Below, piece by piece: positions 8,127-19,371 of a DNA stretch of 64,000 bases. The notes beneath the pieces were generated by a model that was not told the DNA's origin, made no database searches, and worked only from the letters and a program-made list of their open reading frames with translations. How positions within the stretch are numbered: the first letter of the stretch is position 1; each line of letters opens with the position of its first letter. The DNA lies in contig CAZVLL010000005.1 of NCBI GenBank assembly GCA_964628025.1, positions 68,729-132,728 on the forward strand, written 5' to 3'. A program made the position numbers and the translations under genes. The stretch comes from an uncultured Syntrophaceae bacterium (lineage in GTDB: Bacteria; Desulfobacterota; Syntrophia; Syntrophales; UBA2192).

Positions 8127-9236
8127 CTACGAGATTACTTTTCTGAGTGCGTCGAGGAAGCGCTCCACGTTCTCCTTCCTTGCCGTGTGGCCCATGAGAC
8201 CGATGCGCCAGATCTTCCCGGCCAGGGGCCCGAGCCCGCCACCGATCTCGATCTTGTACTCACTGCGCAGACAGCGCCGGGCGGCCAGTTCGTCGAGGCC
8301 CTCCGGACAATAGGCCGTGTTCAGCATGGGAAGTCTCCAGGTCTTCTCGACGACCATCTTGAGACCCATCTCCTCGAGTCCTTTGACCAGGAGCTCATGG
8401 GTGTCGCGGTGCCTTTTGAAAACCCTCTCCGGCCCTTCTTCCAGGATGAGCAGCAGCGCCTGATACAGAGCGTAGATCATGTTCACAGGGGCCGTGTGAT
8501 GGTAGACGCGGTTCTGACCCCAGTAATTCGCGATGAGCGAGATGTCGAGGTACCAGTTGGGGACTTTCGTCTTTCGGCCGTTGAGCCTCGCCATGGCCTT
8601 CTCGGAGAAGGAAAGCGGGGCAAGGCCCGGGGGACAGGACAGGCACTTCTGGGTCCCGCTGTAGAGGGCGTCGATCCCCCAGTCGTCCATGCGGACCTCG
8701 ATGCCGCCCAGACTGGTTACGGTATCCACAAGATAGATTGCATCGGAGCCCTTCAGGAGTGCTCCGATCTCTTCTACCGGGTTGCGCACGCCCGTCGAGG
8801 TCTCGGCGTGGACTACCGCCACGATCCGGTAGGATTTCTCTTTCAATTTTTTCGCCACGTCCTCGACGACAACCGGGGTGCCCCAGACAAACTCGAGGAC
8901 ATCCACTTCGGCCCCGAGGCGGCTTGCCACTTCGCGCATCCTCACGCCGAAGACACCGTTGATCAGGATGAGCACCCTGTCGCCGGGCTCGACGAGATTC
9001 ACGAAGCAGGCCTCCATGCCGGCCGATCCGGTTCCGGAGAGGGGAACGGTCAGGTTGTTCTTCGTGTTTAGGAGCGTGCGGAGGTGCTCCTTGAGTTCAT
9101 CCATGATCTTCAAAAAGAAGGGGTCAAGATGACCCAGCGTCTTCTTGCCGATTGCCTCATAGACCTGCGGGGGTACACAGGAAGGCCCCGGCCCCATGAG
9201 CAGGATGTCTTCGATCCCCTCGAGCATATTCTTCAT
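8127..9236 (-). CDS. class V aminotransferase (alanine-glyoxylate / serine-pyruvate aminotransferase type)
   Basis: 369 aa. LLMGPGPS N-terminus and SGTQKCL (PLP-lysine region). AAGGAG RBS. Confidence 0.85.
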   Translation of the reverse strand: MKNMLEGIEDILLMGPGPSCVPPQVYEAIGKKTLGHLDPFFLKIMDELKEHLRTLLNTKNNLTVPLSGTGSAGMEACFVNLVEPGDRVLILINGVFGVRMREVASRLGAEVDVLEFVWGTPVVVEDVAKKLKEKSYRIVAVVHAETSTGVRNPVEEIGALLKGSDAIYLVDTVTSLGGIEVRMDDWGIDALYSGTQKCLSCPPGLAPLSFSEKAMARLNGRKTKVPNWYLDISLIANYWGQNRVYHHTAPVNMIYALYQALLLILEEGPERVFKRHRDTHELLVKGLEEMGLKMVVEKTWRLPMLNTAYCPEGLDELAARRCLRSEYKIEIGGGLGPLAGKIWRIGLMGHTARKENVERFLDALRKVIS

Positions 9237-9327
9237 CGGATCAACTCCTTTGCGATGGTCCCATCGCCGTATTGTGGCCCGTCCGGCGCACTATGACACA
9301 TCCTGCACGGATCTTCAACCGCCAGCG

Positions 9328-10041
9328 CTAGTCCTTCGGGACGAGAACGATTTCGATTCGGCGGTTCTTCGCTCGCCCCTCGGGGGTCTCATTCTCCGAA
9401 ACGGGGCGGTATTCCCCGTAGGCGGCAGCGGACAACAGGTTGGGGTCGACGCCGAGCCGCTGTAGATACCGGGCCACGTTGATGGCGCGGGCCGCCGACA
9501 GTTCCCAGTTCGACGGGAATGCCCGGGCAAGCGCACCGCCGATCTTGACGTTGTCTGTGTGCCCCTCTACGAGCACTGCCTTGTCCTCCACCTCGCTGAT
9601 GACTTCCGCGACTTTCTGCAGGACCTGCCGTCCTTCAGGTTTGATGTCGGCCTTTCCCGAATCAAAGAGAATGGCATCGACCATGTTCACGGTGAGCTTC
9701 CCCTGGAGTTCCGTGATCGTCACCTGTCCTTCGGCGATTTCGGACTTCATTTTCTCGATCATGGCCGAATAGGTCTTGCTCGTTTCCTCTTTCGCCGTTT
9801 CGACCTGGACGATTTGCTTTTTCTGGTCTTCCAATTTTCCGGCCAGATCGCCTTTTTCCCTCTTCAATTTCTCGATCTCGGTCGCCTGCTCGGCGCTTTT
9901 CTGCTCACAGGCAGCGAGGCTCTTTCCAAGGCTTTCAGACTCATCCACCTTCTTCAAATACGTGCTCTCCGTCACCATGCAGCCCGATACAACAAGAATG
10001 AACAGCAGGACAACGGTCAGAAACCACATCTTTTTGTACAT
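9328..10041 (-). CDS. OmpA/MotB-domain lipoprotein with a coiled-coil linker
   Basis: The track ORF is 9328..10122. I trimmed it to ATG 10041 (MYKKMWFLTVVLLFILVVSGC, lipobox), which has a GGAGGGGAGG RBS. The C-terminus GHTDN...SNWELSAARA...NRRIEI is the OmpA-like domain. Confidence 0.8.
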   Translation of the reverse strand: MYKKMWFLTVVLLFILVVSGCMVTESTYLKKVDESESLGKSLAACEQKSAEQATEIEKLKREKGDLAGKLEDQKKQIVQVETAKEETSKTYSAMIEKMKSEIAEGQVTITELQGKLTVNMVDAILFDSGKADIKPEGRQVLQKVAEVISEVEDKAVLVEGHTDNVKIGGALARAFPSNWELSAARAINVARYLQRLGVDPNLLSAAAYGEYRPVSENETPEGRAKNRRIEIVLVPKD

Positions 10042-10298
10042 GAATCTGCCCTCCCCTCCAAGAGCATGAACGCTCCGGAACCATGATCGCCGGTGAACCG
10101 GTCGGATGCCTGTGTCCGGCACCCCTTTGATATGGAAAAGGCCTTGGACCTGTCAAGTCCTCATTTTGGGACCCCTGTCACAAAGGACTTGATTTCTCTT
10201 TTCATCTGGTATAAAAGTTCAGGTTCAAAAATTTCATATCCAGGCACTCCTTGCCCGGACTCCGTGCCCGGGCTTTAGAGCCGAAAGGAGGTCAAGAC

Positions 10299-10724
10299 TT
10301 GAAGCGTTACGAAACGTTGTTCATCGTCCAGTCCGAGCTGACCAGCGAGGACATCACCGCCATCATCGACCGCTACAGCAAGCTCATCACAGACATGAAG
10401 GGGACCATCCTGAAGGTCGAGCGCTGGGGGAAGCGTAAGCTCGCCTACCTCATCCGAAAGCAGGCCCGGGGATTTTATATCCTCATCGACTTCGCCGGCA
10501 AGCGCGAGATTGTTGCCGAACTGGAGAGGATTCTCAAGTTCGACGACAAGGTCCTGAAGTACATGTCCGTGAGGCTGACCGACAGCATCACGGCGGAAGA
10601 GATCGAAAAAGAACTGGCCGGGCTGCAGAAAGCCGAAGCCCCCGCAGCGGAAATCATCCCGGCGGAAATCAAGACAACGATCACGACGACCACCGCGACG
10701 TCGGAACCCACGACGGAGGGATAG
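10299..10724 (+). CDS. rpsF: 30S ribosomal protein S6
   Basis: The track ORF starts at TTG 10251. I prefer TTG 10299 ((M)KRYETLFIV...), which lies 7 nt after AAAGGAGG. The S6 N-terminus is recognisable, and there is an acidic/Thr-rich C-terminal tail. Confidence 0.85.
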   Translation: MKRYETLFIVQSELTSEDITAIIDRYSKLITDMKGTILKVERWGKRKLAYLIRKQARGFYILIDFAGKREIVAELERILKFDDKVLKYMSVRLTDSITAEEIEKELAGLQKAEAPAAEIIPAEIKTTITTTTATSEPTTEG

Positions 10725-10728
10725 CGAC

Positions 10729-11064
10729 ATGAGAACACCTTCAGACAGCTCTTCAGGAAGCCGGCCGCGAACGGGTGGTCCGGGCGGCAGAGATTCGAGA
10801 GGCCCGGCGGGTTCCGGATACTCAAGGCCAAAGTCAGACCGGAAAGTATACCACCGCAGAAAGGTCTGCCGGTTCTGCACCGACTCAAACATGAAGCTCT
10901 CCTACAAAGACATGGACACGCTTCGTTATTTTGTGACGGAACGAGGAAAGATCATCCCCCGGCGTATCACCGGAAACTGCGCCCTCCACCAGAGGGCACT
11001 GACGGTCGAGATCAAGAGAGCCCGGAACATCGCCCTGTTGCCTTATATGGTAACGGAGAGCTGA
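10729..11064 (+). CDS. rpsR: 30S ribosomal protein S18 with an N-terminal extension of about 40 aa rich in Gly/Arg/Ser
   Basis: RRKVCRFC...YKD...[15 protein letters not shown]...HQR.L...IKRAR..ALLPY is the S18 core. ACGGAGGGA RBS before ATG 10729. Confidence 0.9.
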   Translation: MRTPSDSSSGSRPRTGGPGGRDSRGPAGSGYSRPKSDRKVYHRRKVCRFCTDSNMKLSYKDMDTLRYFVTERGKIIPRRITGNCALHQRALTVEIKRARNIALLPYMVTES

Positions 11065-11134
11065 GAACAAGGCTCCTTTCGGACATGCCGCAGCGGGCCC
11101 CGACGGGAACCGGCAGGTTGAGGATGGCGTTCAC

Positions 11135-12100
11135 TTGGATGCAGGCGGAAACTTCAATTTCAAGGAATTCGTCCTGGGCACAGGAATCACGACTACGTTC
11201 TTTCTCCTCGTGGTCCTGAGTCCCATTGTCGGTTTTGTCTTCAGCCTGATTGCACCGTTGCCCCTGGCCTTCTTTTACTGGAAAATGGGGAGGATTCCCG
11301 GGATCGCCATATTCCTCTCGTCCTTCGGTCTCCTCGTGGCCGTATTCCGGATCGGAGGATTTCAGGAAAGTCTTACTTTTTTCCTGTTGCTCGGGTCGGC
11401 AGGGGTCATCATCCCCGAAGTCCTGAACAGGCGCTACGGAATCGAGAAAACGGTGGGCCTGTCCGTTGCCGGTGTCGTTGCTGTCGTATTTGCCGTCCTG
11501 GCCTACTACAGCCAGGTACTCGATCGGTCCATTGCAGACATCGTCCGGGCGTACGTAAGCGACAGCATCCAGTACAGCATCGCTCTTTACGAGGAAATCG
11601 GGATTCCCCAGGATCAGGTCGATCTCCTGAAAGAAGGATCGGGCGCGGTTGCATCGTGGATCGTCGATCACGGCGTGGCTCTTTTTCTTACGTGCATGAT
11701 CTTTTTCGTCTGGCTCAACGTGCTCGGCCTGCGCATGCTTTTCCAGGGGCGGGACCCCCGATTTCCCGATTTCGGTGATCTTGCCTACTGGAAAATGCCG
11801 GATTGGATCGTTTGGCTTGTCATCGCGTCGGGAATTCTGTTGGTTGTTCCCGAAGAGCTCGTGAGAGTCATCGGACTCAATGCCCTGATTGTCCTGTTGT
11901 TTCTTTATCTGCTTCAGGGGCTTTCGATCGTCCAGTTTTTTTTCAGGACAAAGAACATCCCGAGAACCCTCCGGGCCCTGTTCTACGCGTTGATTATCCT
12001 GTACCAGTACCTGCTGGTTTTGATCTCGGCCATCGGCCTGTTCGATATATGGGTTGACTTCAGGAAGATAAACAGCCCCGTGAAGGACCCTGCGGCCTGA
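11135..12100 (+). CDS. polytopic membrane protein, DUF2232/YybS-like
   Basis: 321 aa with many TM helices. TTG start 11135 after GAGGATGG. Its position between rpsR and rplI matches the YybS-type context as I recall it. Confidence 0.55.
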   Translation: MDAGGNFNFKEFVLGTGITTTFFLLVVLSPIVGFVFSLIAPLPLAFFYWKMGRIPGIAIFLSSFGLLVAVFRIGGFQESLTFFLLLGSAGVIIPEVLNRRYGIEKTVGLSVAGVVAVVFAVLAYYSQVLDRSIADIVRAYVSDSIQYSIALYEEIGIPQDQVDLLKEGSGAVASWIVDHGVALFLTCMIFFVWLNVLGLRMLFQGRDPRFPDFGDLAYWKMPDWIVWLVIASGILLVVPEELVRVIGLNALIVLLFLYLLQGLSIVQFFFRTKNIPRTLRALFYALIILYQYLLVLISAIGLFDIWVDFRKINSPVKDPAA

Positions 12101-12177
12101 GAAACGCACACTGTCCATAACAGGCAAGCTTCCCTGAAGGCCTGTGCGAACCATATTTTTCAAAAGGAGGCGCATCG

Positions 12178-12627
12178 ATGAAAGTCATTTTGAAGGAAGA
12201 TTTTGAATCCCTGGGAAAGCGAGGGGATACAATAAAGGTCGCCGACGGGTATGCCCGAAACTACCTGATCCCGAAGGGACTCGCACTGGAATCCACCAGC
12301 ATATCCGTCCGGGCTGTCGAGCACGAAAAGAAGCTGATTGCCAAGCGGACCGAAAAGGAAAAAAAGAACGCCGAGGCCATGCTGGCAAGCTTTGCCGGGG
12401 TATCCGTGACCATCGCCCGCAAGACAGCGGACCAGGAGAAGCTTTTTGGCTCCGTCACGACCAAGGATGTCGAGAAGGCCCTTGCGGACCAGGGACACAA
12501 GGTGGACAAGAAACAGATCGTCCTGGACGAACCGATCAAACAGCTCGGGGAGTTTCCCGTCAAGATCAAGCTCTACCCGGGAATCAACGCCAATGTGACG
12601 GTGAAGGTCGTGGAGGAGCAGGGTTAA
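12178..12627 (+). CDS. rplI: 50S ribosomal protein L9
   Basis: MKVILKEDFESLGKRGDTIKVADGYARNYLIPKGLA is the canonical L9 N-terminus. AAGGAGG RBS. Confidence 0.92.
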   Translation: MKVILKEDFESLGKRGDTIKVADGYARNYLIPKGLALESTSISVRAVEHEKKLIAKRTEKEKKNAEAMLASFAGVSVTIARKTADQEKLFGSVTTKDVEKALADQGHKVDKKQIVLDEPIKQLGEFPVKIKLYPGINANVTVKVVEEQG

Positions 12628-12672
12628 CGGATCCAGGCGAAAGGTCAAAGAGGACGCGGAACCTGTGCCCTT

Positions 12673-14031
12673 ATGAAAGAGGTTGATCTCTCATTACTCA
12701 AAGTGCCGCCCCAGAATCTGGAGGCCGAGCAGTCCGTCCTCGGCGGCATCCTTCTCGAAAATGCCGCCCTGAACCCGGTGCTGGAAATCATGGTGGGCTC
12801 CGATTTCTACAGTGACGCCCACCGGAAGATCTTCACCGCCGTCCTGGAACTTTCCGAACGGAACCAGCCCGTCGATATCATCACGCTGAGCAATCACCTC
12901 AGGGATAAGAAACAGCTTGATGCCGTGGGGGGAGCCGTCTATCTCTCCACGCTGGTGGACAATGTCCCTTCGGCGGCGAATATCGGCCACTACGCCCGGA
13001 TCGTCAAAGAGAAGTCCGTTCTCCGGCATCTCATCGCGACGGCCACGGATATCCTGAACCGGACCTACGGCGCCGGGGCCGATGTGGACAGTGTCCTTGA
13101 CGCGGCCGAGCACTCCATCTTCGAGATCTCCCAGAACAAGATTCGGCCCTCCTTCTACCCGCTTAAGGAAATCATCAAGGACAGCTTCCGGACCATCGAG
13201 AGGCTTTACGAGAAAAAGGAACTCATCACGGGCGTGCCCACGGGATTTTCGAAGCTCGACGAAATGACCTCCGGCCTTCAGAAGTCCGACCTCGTTATCA
13301 TCGCCGGCCGGCCCAGCATGGGAAAAACGGCCTTCGCCCTGAACATCGCTCAATTCTGCTCCGTCGAGGAAGGAGTACCTGTAGCCGTCTTCTCCCTGGA
13401 AATGGCCAAAGAGCAGCTTGCCATGCGCATGCTCTCGTCGGAAGCCCGGGTGGATTCTCAGAAGATCCGCAAGGGATTCCTGGGCGAGTCGGACTGGCCG
13501 AAACTCACCACGGCAGCCGGGAGACTCTCCGACGCCTGTATCTTCATCGATGACACGCCCTCCATCTCCGTCCTCGAGATGAAGGCCAAATCCAGGCGGC
13601 TGAAGAAAGAACACGGCTTGGGGCTGATCATCCTCGACTATCTCCAGCTCATGAAGGGAAGCGACTACGCCGACACGCGGGAGCAGGAGATCTCGGAGAT
13701 CAGCCGGTCGCTCAAGGCACTGGCAAAGGAACTCAGCGTGCCCGTCGTCGCCCTCTCGCAGCTCAACCGCAAGGTGGAGGACCGCACGAGCCGCCGGCCG
13801 CAGATGGCGGATCTGCGCGAGTCGGGAGCCATCGAGCAGGATGCCGACGTGATCCTTTTCCTCTATCGGGACGAAGTTTACAACAAATCCGAAGACAATC
13901 CCGAAAAAGGATTCGCCGAGGTCATCATCGGCAAGCAGCGAAACGGTCCCGTAGGAACCGTGAGGCTCGTATTCCAGGAGAAATTCACCCGCTTCGAGAA
14001 CCCGGCATTCGGCCCCGGCGAAGACTTCTAG
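12673..14031 (+). CDS. dnaB: replicative DNA helicase DnaB
   Basis: 452 aa. PPQNLEAEQSVLGGILL N-terminus, Walker A GRPSMGKTAF, and LSQLNR/ESGAIEQDAD motifs. Confidence 0.95.
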   Translation: MKEVDLSLLKVPPQNLEAEQSVLGGILLENAALNPVLEIMVGSDFYSDAHRKIFTAVLELSERNQPVDIITLSNHLRDKKQLDAVGGAVYLSTLVDNVPSAANIGHYARIVKEKSVLRHLIATATDILNRTYGAGADVDSVLDAAEHSIFEISQNKIRPSFYPLKEIIKDSFRTIERLYEKKELITGVPTGFSKLDEMTSGLQKSDLVIIAGRPSMGKTAFALNIAQFCSVEEGVPVAVFSLEMAKEQLAMRMLSSEARVDSQKIRKGFLGESDWPKLTTAAGRLSDACIFIDDTPSISVLEMKAKSRRLKKEHGLGLIILDYLQLMKGSDYADTREQEISEISRSLKALAKELSVPVVALSQLNRKVEDRTSRRPQMADLRESGAIEQDADVILFLYRDEVYNKSEDNPEKGFAEVIIGKQRNGPVGTVRLVFQEKFTRFENPAFGPGEDF

Positions 14032-14050
14032 TCAGGCAATCGGCACAAAA

Positions 14051-14089
14051 AAGCCCCCAACCGAGACCGGCCGGGGGCTTGTATTTTTA
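14051..14089. terminator. bidirectional intrinsic terminator (dnaB / rpoH convergent)
   Basis: A-run, AAGCCCCC...GGGGGCTT stem, T-run. Confidence 0.6.
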
Positions 14090-14124
14090 TTGTCGTGTCT
14101 GTTCCCTATACCCTCATACCCTCG

Positions 14125-14994
14125 TTACGCCCGTGCCGTCTCCGGTTCCCATCCCCCGATGCTCCCGATGGTCTGACGCACCTTCCGAAGGGCCTCCTTC
14201 TCGACCTGCCGGGCCCGTTCGCGGGTGATCTTGAAACGGTCGCCAATCTCCTGGAGCGTCTTTGGATCTTCGGACATGACGCGATGCTTTATGATGTAGG
14301 CCTCTCGATCGTTGAGCTTCGAAAGGGCACCTGCGATGTTTCGCTTCACCAAGGCCGTCTCTTCGTGGCGGATGAAGGAATCTTCCTGGTTCTCGCCCTT
14401 GTCGGCCAGGCAGTTCATGTGAGAAAGCTCTCCGTCCTCATCGATAAAGGCGTCGAGGGATAGATCGCGGCTGTTGAGCCGCACGTCCATCTCCTCGATC
14501 TCCGTCTCCTTCACATTGAGAGATTCGGCGATTTCCCCGAATTCTGGGTTCCTCGCGGCCATGTTCTGGAGATTCTTCTTGGCCTGGTTGAGCTTGAAGA
14601 AGAGCTTCCGCTGGGCCTGGGTCGTTCCGATCTTCACGAGGCTCCACGTCTTGATGAGAAAGTTCTGCATATACGCCCGGATCCACCACACGGCATAGGA
14701 GATGAGCCGATAGCCCTTGTAAGGGTCGAACTTCTTCACCGCGTGCATGAGTCCCACATTGCCTTCCTGGATCAGATCGAGGAGCTTCGCACCGTAATTG
14801 CGGTACTCGTGCGCGATCTTGACGACAAACCGCAAATTTGAGGTGACAAGCTTCTCGGCCGCTTCCATGTCGTCGTACTTCTTGTAGCGGACGGCGAGCT
14901 TGAACTCCTCCTCCGGCGTCAGAATGGCAATCTGGTTTATCTGCGACATATACTGGTCTAACGCGCTGGTTGCAGCCGGTAGATTCCTGTTCAT
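14125..14994 (-). CDS. rpoH: RNA polymerase sigma-32 (heat-shock sigma factor)
   Basis: 289 aa. Sigma70 regions 2-4 plus the RpoH box QAQRKLFFKL. GGAGGA RBS. Confidence 0.9.
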   Translation of the reverse strand: MNRNLPAATSALDQYMSQINQIAILTPEEEFKLAVRYKKYDDMEAAEKLVTSNLRFVVKIAHEYRNYGAKLLDLIQEGNVGLMHAVKKFDPYKGYRLISYAVWWIRAYMQNFLIKTWSLVKIGTTQAQRKLFFKLNQAKKNLQNMAARNPEFGEIAESLNVKETEIEEMDVRLNSRDLSLDAFIDEDGELSHMNCLADKGENQEDSFIRHEETALVKRNIAGALSKLNDREAYIIKHRVMSEDPKTLQEIGDRFKITRERARQVEKEALRKVRQTIGSIGGWEPETARA

Positions 14995-15037
14995 GAAGTA
15001 TCCTCCGTTGTTCTGCCAATCAATTTAAGCTTAAAGA

Positions 15038-15065
15038 AATATAGGTATAATACCCTTCTTGTCAA
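15038..15065 (-). promoter_or_regulatory. candidate sigma70-type promoter for rpoH (TTGACA-N16-TATATT)
   Basis: Minus-strand reading gives -35 at 15065..15060 and -10 at 15043..15038. Sequence match only. Confidence 0.35.
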
Positions 15066-15138
15066 GACTTCTTTGCAAGAACTATACAGAGAAACGGGGG
15101 ACTCGAAAAGAGATAACCTCTTGATCGGAGACCCTTTC

Positions 15139-15167
15139 TTGACATCCCCCCGGCAGGTCATTATGTT
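15139..15167 (+). promoter_or_regulatory. candidate promoter for clpB (TTGACA-N17-TATGTT)
   Basis: -35 at 15139..15144 and -10 at 15162..15167, about 100 nt upstream of ATG. I could not tell whether it is sigma70- or sigma32-type. Confidence 0.35.
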
Positions 15168-15268
15168 ACGAACTGAAAAGAAAATACCAGCCCTGCAGGG
15201 GGTCATCAGGCAGGGTCTGAACGTTCGCACAAACCATTGATATTTCAAGACTTCTATAGAGAGGAACG

Positions 15269-17860
15269 ATGAGATTCGACAAGCTCACCCTGAAAGTCCA
15301 GGAGGCCCTCCAGGAGGCTCAGTCCCTGGCCGGCCAGCTCGGCCACCAGGCCGTCGATGTGGAACATTTGATCACGGCCCTGATCCGTCAGCCCGAAGGA
15401 ATTGTATCGGCTGCCCTGAAGAAGCTCGGGGCCGATAACCGGGTGATTCAGCGGGAGATCGAAAAGGCGCTCGCCAGTCTCCCGAAAATATCGGGGAGCG
15501 GGACACAGGCTTACATGGCCCCGCGGCTCAAGAACGTGCTCGACAACTCCTTCGATGAGGCAAAGAGGCTCAAGGATGAGTTCGTCAGTGCCGAGCATGT
15601 CCTCATTGCCATGACAGAAGATAAAGACGGCCCGACCGGGAAGATTCTAAGGAACTCCGGCGTGACGAAGGACGGTATCTACCGGGTTCTCGTAGATATC
15701 CGGGGAAGCCAGCGGGTCACAGACCAAAACCCCGAAGGAAAATACCAGGCTCTTGAAAAATACGCAAGAGATTTCAATGCATTAGCAAGAAAAGGCTCTT
15801 TTGACCCCGTAATCGGCCGGGACGAAGAAATCCGCCGGATCATGCAGGTTCTCTCGCGGCGCACGAAAAACAACCCTTGCTTGATCGGCGAGCCCGGCGT
15901 AGGCAAGACAGCCATCGTCGAAGGACTGGCCCAGCGGATCGTCAACGGCGACGTGCCGGAGACACTCAAGGACAAGCGGGTCGTCGCCCTGGACATGGGA
16001 GCGCTCGTAGCGGGTTCCAAGTTCCGCGGCGAATTCGAGGACCGCCTGAAGGCAGTCCTTAAAGAAGTGAGCGACGCCGAAGGGGAGATCATTCTTTTCA
16101 TTGACGAGATCCACACCGTTGTGGGTGCCGGAGCTGCCGAAGGGGCCATCGACGCATCAAACATGCTCAAACCGGCACTCGCGAGGGGCGAGCTCCGATG
16201 CATCGGCGCCACGACACTCAATGAGTACCGCAAGAACATCGAGAAGGATCCCGCACTGGAACGGCGATTCCAACCCGTCCTGATCAAGGAACCTTCTGTA
16301 GAGGACACGATTGCCATACTCCGAGGGCTCAAGGAGCGCTACGAGGTACACCACGGAGTACGGATCAAGGACTCGGCCATCGTGGCGGCGGCAACGCTGT
16401 CGGATCGCTACATCAGCGACCGGTTCCTTCCGGACAAGGCTGTCGATTTGATCGATGAGGCGGCATCGCACCTGCGGATCGAACTCGACAGTCTCCCCGC
16501 CGAAATCGACACCCTCGAGCGAAGGATCATGCAGCTCGAGATCGAGCGCCAGTCCCTGAAGAATGAGACCGAACCCAATGCCGTGGAGCACAGGCAGAAG
16601 CTCGAGGAAGAACTAGGAAAGCTCACGGCCGACCGGGATGAGAAAAAGAAGCACTGGTCTGGCGAGCGCGAGGTAATCAAGCGGATCCAGTCCGTCAGGG
16701 GGCGGATCGAGGAACTCAAAAACGAAGAGCTTAACGCCCAGCGGGCAGGCGACCTGGCCAGGGCAGCCGAGATCCGCTACGGGCGTCTCGTGGAGCTCAA
16801 CAAGGAAGTGGAAAAAGAGCAGTCGGCCCTGGCCGGCATTCAGAACGGCGACAAGATGCTCAAGGAGGAGGTCGAGGCCGAAGACGTGGCGGAAGTGGTA
16901 GCCAGCTGGACGGGCATCCCCGTCTCCCGCATGATGGAGACGGAAGTGGCAAAACTCATCCATATGGAGGAACGTCTGCAACGGAGGGTCATCGGCCAGG
17001 AGGAGGCCATCCACGCCGTCTCCAATGCACTTCGCCGTGCCCGCTCGGGCTTGCAGGACCCCAACCGGCCCATCGGATCCTTCATCTTCATGGGACCTAC
17101 AGGCGTGGGAAAGACGGAACTTGCCCGGGCACTTGCCGAGTTCATGTTCGACGACGAGCAGAACATGATCCGCATCGATATGTCGGAGTACATGGAAAAG
17201 CATTCTGTGGCCCGGCTCATCGGGGCGCCCCCGGGGTACGTGGGCTACGAGGAAGGCGGGTTTCTGACGGAATCCGTGCGGCGCAGGCCTTATTCGGTCA
17301 TCCTCTTCGACGAAATCGAAAAGGCGCATCCCGATGTCTTCAACATCCTGCTGCAGATTCTCGACGACGGCAGGCTCACCGACGGCCACGGCCGGACGGT
17401 GGACTTCAAGAACGCGATCGTCATCATGACCTCGAACATCGGCAGCCAGTATACCGTCGATGCCACGATGAGCGAGACCGAGCGGAGACTCAAAGTCAAC
17501 GAAGTCCTGAGGACCACCTTCAAGCCCGAGTTTCTCAACCGCATCGATGACATCATCATCTTCCGGACACTCACGATCACCGACATCAGCAAGGTGATCG
17601 ACATCCAGATCGCCCGGTTGCAAAAGATGCTCGGCGAGCGGAAGGTCTCCGTCGAATTGACCGACAAGGCCAAGAAGCACATCGCCAAGGCGGGCTACAG
17701 CGCCCTTTACGGAGCGCGGCCGCTCAAGCGGGCCTTGCAGAAGATCATCCAGGACAGCCTGGCCATGAAGATCCTCGACGGTTCCATCGCTGCAGGGGAT
17801 CATGTCCTCGTCGACGTGAAGAACGACGGCGAGGTTGTCATGGAGAAAAAGACGGCGTAA
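15269..17860 (+). CDS. clpB: ATP-dependent chaperone ClpB
   Basis: 863 aa. Two AAA+ modules ([21 protein letters not shown]), a long coiled-coil middle domain and a Clp N-domain. Confidence 0.95.
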   Translation: MRFDKLTLKVQEALQEAQSLAGQLGHQAVDVEHLITALIRQPEGIVSAALKKLGADNRVIQREIEKALASLPKISGSGTQAYMAPRLKNVLDNSFDEAKRLKDEFVSAEHVLIAMTEDKDGPTGKILRNSGVTKDGIYRVLVDIRGSQRVTDQNPEGKYQALEKYARDFNALARKGSFDPVIGRDEEIRRIMQVLSRRTKNNPCLIGEPGVGKTAIVEGLAQRIVNGDVPETLKDKRVVALDMGALVAGSKFRGEFEDRLKAVLKEVSDAEGEIILFIDEIHTVVGAGAAEGAIDASNMLKPALARGELRCIGATTLNEYRKNIEKDPALERRFQPVLIKEPSVEDTIAILRGLKERYEVHHGVRIKDSAIVAAATLSDRYISDRFLPDKAVDLIDEAASHLRIELDSLPAEIDTLERRIMQLEIERQSLKNETEPNAVEHRQKLEEELGKLTADRDEKKKHWSGEREVIKRIQSVRGRIEELKNEELNAQRAGDLARAAEIRYGRLVELNKEVEKEQSALAGIQNGDKMLKEEVEAEDVAEVVASWTGIPVSRMMETEVAKLIHMEERLQRRVIGQEEAIHAVSNALRRARSGLQDPNRPIGSFIFMGPTGVGKTELARALAEFMFDDEQNMIRIDMSEYMEKHSVARLIGAPPGYVGYEEGGFLTESVRRRPYSVILFDEIEKAHPDVFNILLQILDDGRLTDGHGRTVDFKNAIVIMTSNIGSQYTVDATMSETERRLKVNEVLRTTFKPEFLNRIDDIIIFRTLTITDISKVIDIQIARLQKMLGERKVSVELTDKAKKHIAKAGYSALYGARPLKRALQKIIQDSLAMKILDGSIAAGDHVLVDVKNDGEVVMEKKTA

Positions 17861-17880
17861 ACGGAATGCGGGAAGCGCCC

Positions 17881-17909
17881 TTGTGCACTCGCCGGCTTTC
17901 CGGTATAAT
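17881..17909 (+). promoter_or_regulatory. candidate promoter for htpX (TTGTGC-N17-TATAAT)
   Basis: Sequence match only. Confidence 0.3.
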
Positions 17910-17947
17910 TTTCGTCCGAATTCTTGTTATGCATGGAGGAAAATAGC

Positions 17948-18802
17948 ATGAACTCCCTGAAGACAGCCGTACTGCTCGGGGCACTGACGGGACTCCTGAT
18001 CCTGATCGGCGGTTACATCGGCGGCAAGAGCGGCATGATCATCGCCTTCATCTTCGCCATGGGAATGAACTTCTTCAGCTACTGGTTTTCCGACAAGATC
18101 GTGCTTCGCATGTACCAGGCCCAGGAGGTCACGCCGCAACAGGCACCCGATCTTCACCGCATGGTCCAAGACCTGGCCATGAAGGCAGGGCTGCCGATGC
18201 CGCGAGTGTACATTATCCCCGGTGACACACCCAATGCCTTCGCCACAGGACGGGACGAGAAGCACGCTGTCGTTGCCGTCACCGAGGGAATCATGCGGAT
18301 CCTGAACCGCGAAGAGCTTGAAGGCGTCATCGGACATGAACTTTCCCACATCAAGAACCACGACATCCTCATCGGATCGATCGCGGCCACGATCGCCGGC
18401 GCCATTTCGATGCTCGCCAATATGGCCCAGTGGGCGGCAATCTTTGGCGGCAGCCGCGGCGACGAAGAAGAGGAGGGAAGCGGCGGGTTCATCGGGATGA
18501 TCTTCATGGCGATCCTTGCTCCCATCGCGGCCATGCTGATCCAGATGGCCATCTCCCGCTCGCGGGAATACATGGCTGACGACGGCGGCGCCAAAGTCTC
18601 CGGCAAACCATGGGCCCTGGCAGGCGCCCTCGAGAAGCTGCAGGCGGCAAGCCAGGCCATCCCCATGAACGCCAACCCGTCTACGGCCCACATGTTCATC
18701 GTGAACCCCCTCACAGGACGGGCGTTCATGAACCTCTTCAGCACCCACCCGCCCATCGAAGAGCGGGTAGCCAGGCTCCGCAGCATGAAGCCGCGCATGT
18801 AG
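17948..18802 (+). CDS. htpX: zinc metalloprotease HtpX (M48 family)
   Basis: The track ORF starts at 17924. I use ATG 17948 ([11 protein letters not shown]...) after GGAGGA. HELSH zinc motif and TM helices are present. Confidence 0.9.
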   Translation: MNSLKTAVLLGALTGLLILIGGYIGGKSGMIIAFIFAMGMNFFSYWFSDKIVLRMYQAQEVTPQQAPDLHRMVQDLAMKAGLPMPRVYIIPGDTPNAFATGRDEKHAVVAVTEGIMRILNREELEGVIGHELSHIKNHDILIGSIAATIAGAISMLANMAQWAAIFGGSRGDEEEEGSGGFIGMIFMAILAPIAAMLIQMAISRSREYMADDGGAKVSGKPWALAGALEKLQAASQAIPMNANPSTAHMFIVNPLTGRAFMNLFSTHPPIEERVARLRSMKPRM

Positions 18803-18810
18803 CAAAACGC

Positions 18811-18944
18811 CGGACCAAGGATCGAGGATAAAGGAAAAAGGATAATCCTCGGATCTCTAACTCGCACTGCCAGGACCGAGGTTCAAGGCCGGAGGATCTG
18901 GGTTTTTTTCTGTACCTCGGTCCTCGTTCCTCGGACCTCGAACC
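18811..18944. repeat. CGAGG/CCTCG palindromic intergenic repeat, copy 1
   Basis: The purine arm carries GGACCGAGG (18873..18881), followed by a T-rich spacer and a pyrimidine arm CCTCGGTCCTCGTTCCTCGGACCTCGAACC. GGACCGAGG pairs with CCTCGGTCC (18915..18923). Homologous to the copy at 44077..44157. Confidence 0.7.
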
Positions 18945-18963
18945 TTACCAGAGGGAGAAAACA

Positions 18964-19371
18964 ATGGAAGACGAGAAGGGCTTTGTAATCAAAGACCGCC
19001 GCCGCTTCGACGACACAGGCGACATCCGGCCGGAGACACCCGGGGAAGAACCGAACCCGGAAGTGAAGACCGCCGAACCCCGGGAAAACGAACCGAAGCA
19101 GGAAGCGCCGACGGAGTCTTCATTTCCCGACATCAACTTCGCCACCTTTGTCTTCTCTCTCGGCACCTCGGCCATGTTCCACTTCGGTGACTTCCCCGAC
19201 CCGGTAACCCGGAAAACCGAGCGGAACCTTGAGGCGGCCAAGCAGACCATCGATATCCTCGGCATCCTGAGAGAAAAAACCAAGGGCAACCTCAACGATG
19301 AGGAGGACAAACTTCTCGAATCGCTTCTCTATGAGTTGAGGATGCGCTACGTCAGGGAGTCGGCGAAGTGA
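18964..19371 (+). CDS. DUF1844 domain-containing protein
   Basis: 135 aa. An acidic N-terminus, then INFATFVFSLGTSAMFHFG...AKQTIDILGILREKTKGNL..EE..LL...LYELRM, as I recall for DUF1844. Confidence 0.7.
   Translation: MEDEKGFVIKDRRRFDDTGDIRPETPGEEPNPEVKTAEPRENEPKQEAPTESSFPDINFATFVFSLGTSAMFHFGDFPDPVTRKTERNLEAAKQTIDILGILREKTKGNLNDEEDKLLESLLYELRMRYVRESAK

Noticed and set aside
15139-15167. Tried to call a sigma32 heat-shock promoter (CTTGAAA-N13-15-CCCCATNT) for clpB and htpX next to rpoH
   Set aside because: CTTGACA is present, but no convincing CCCCAT-type -10 lies at the right spacing. The matches fit sigma70 spacing equally well, so only generic candidate promoters are reported.
16613-17803. 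396-aa minus-strand ORF
   Set aside because: It is antisense to clpB. This is a shadow ORF.
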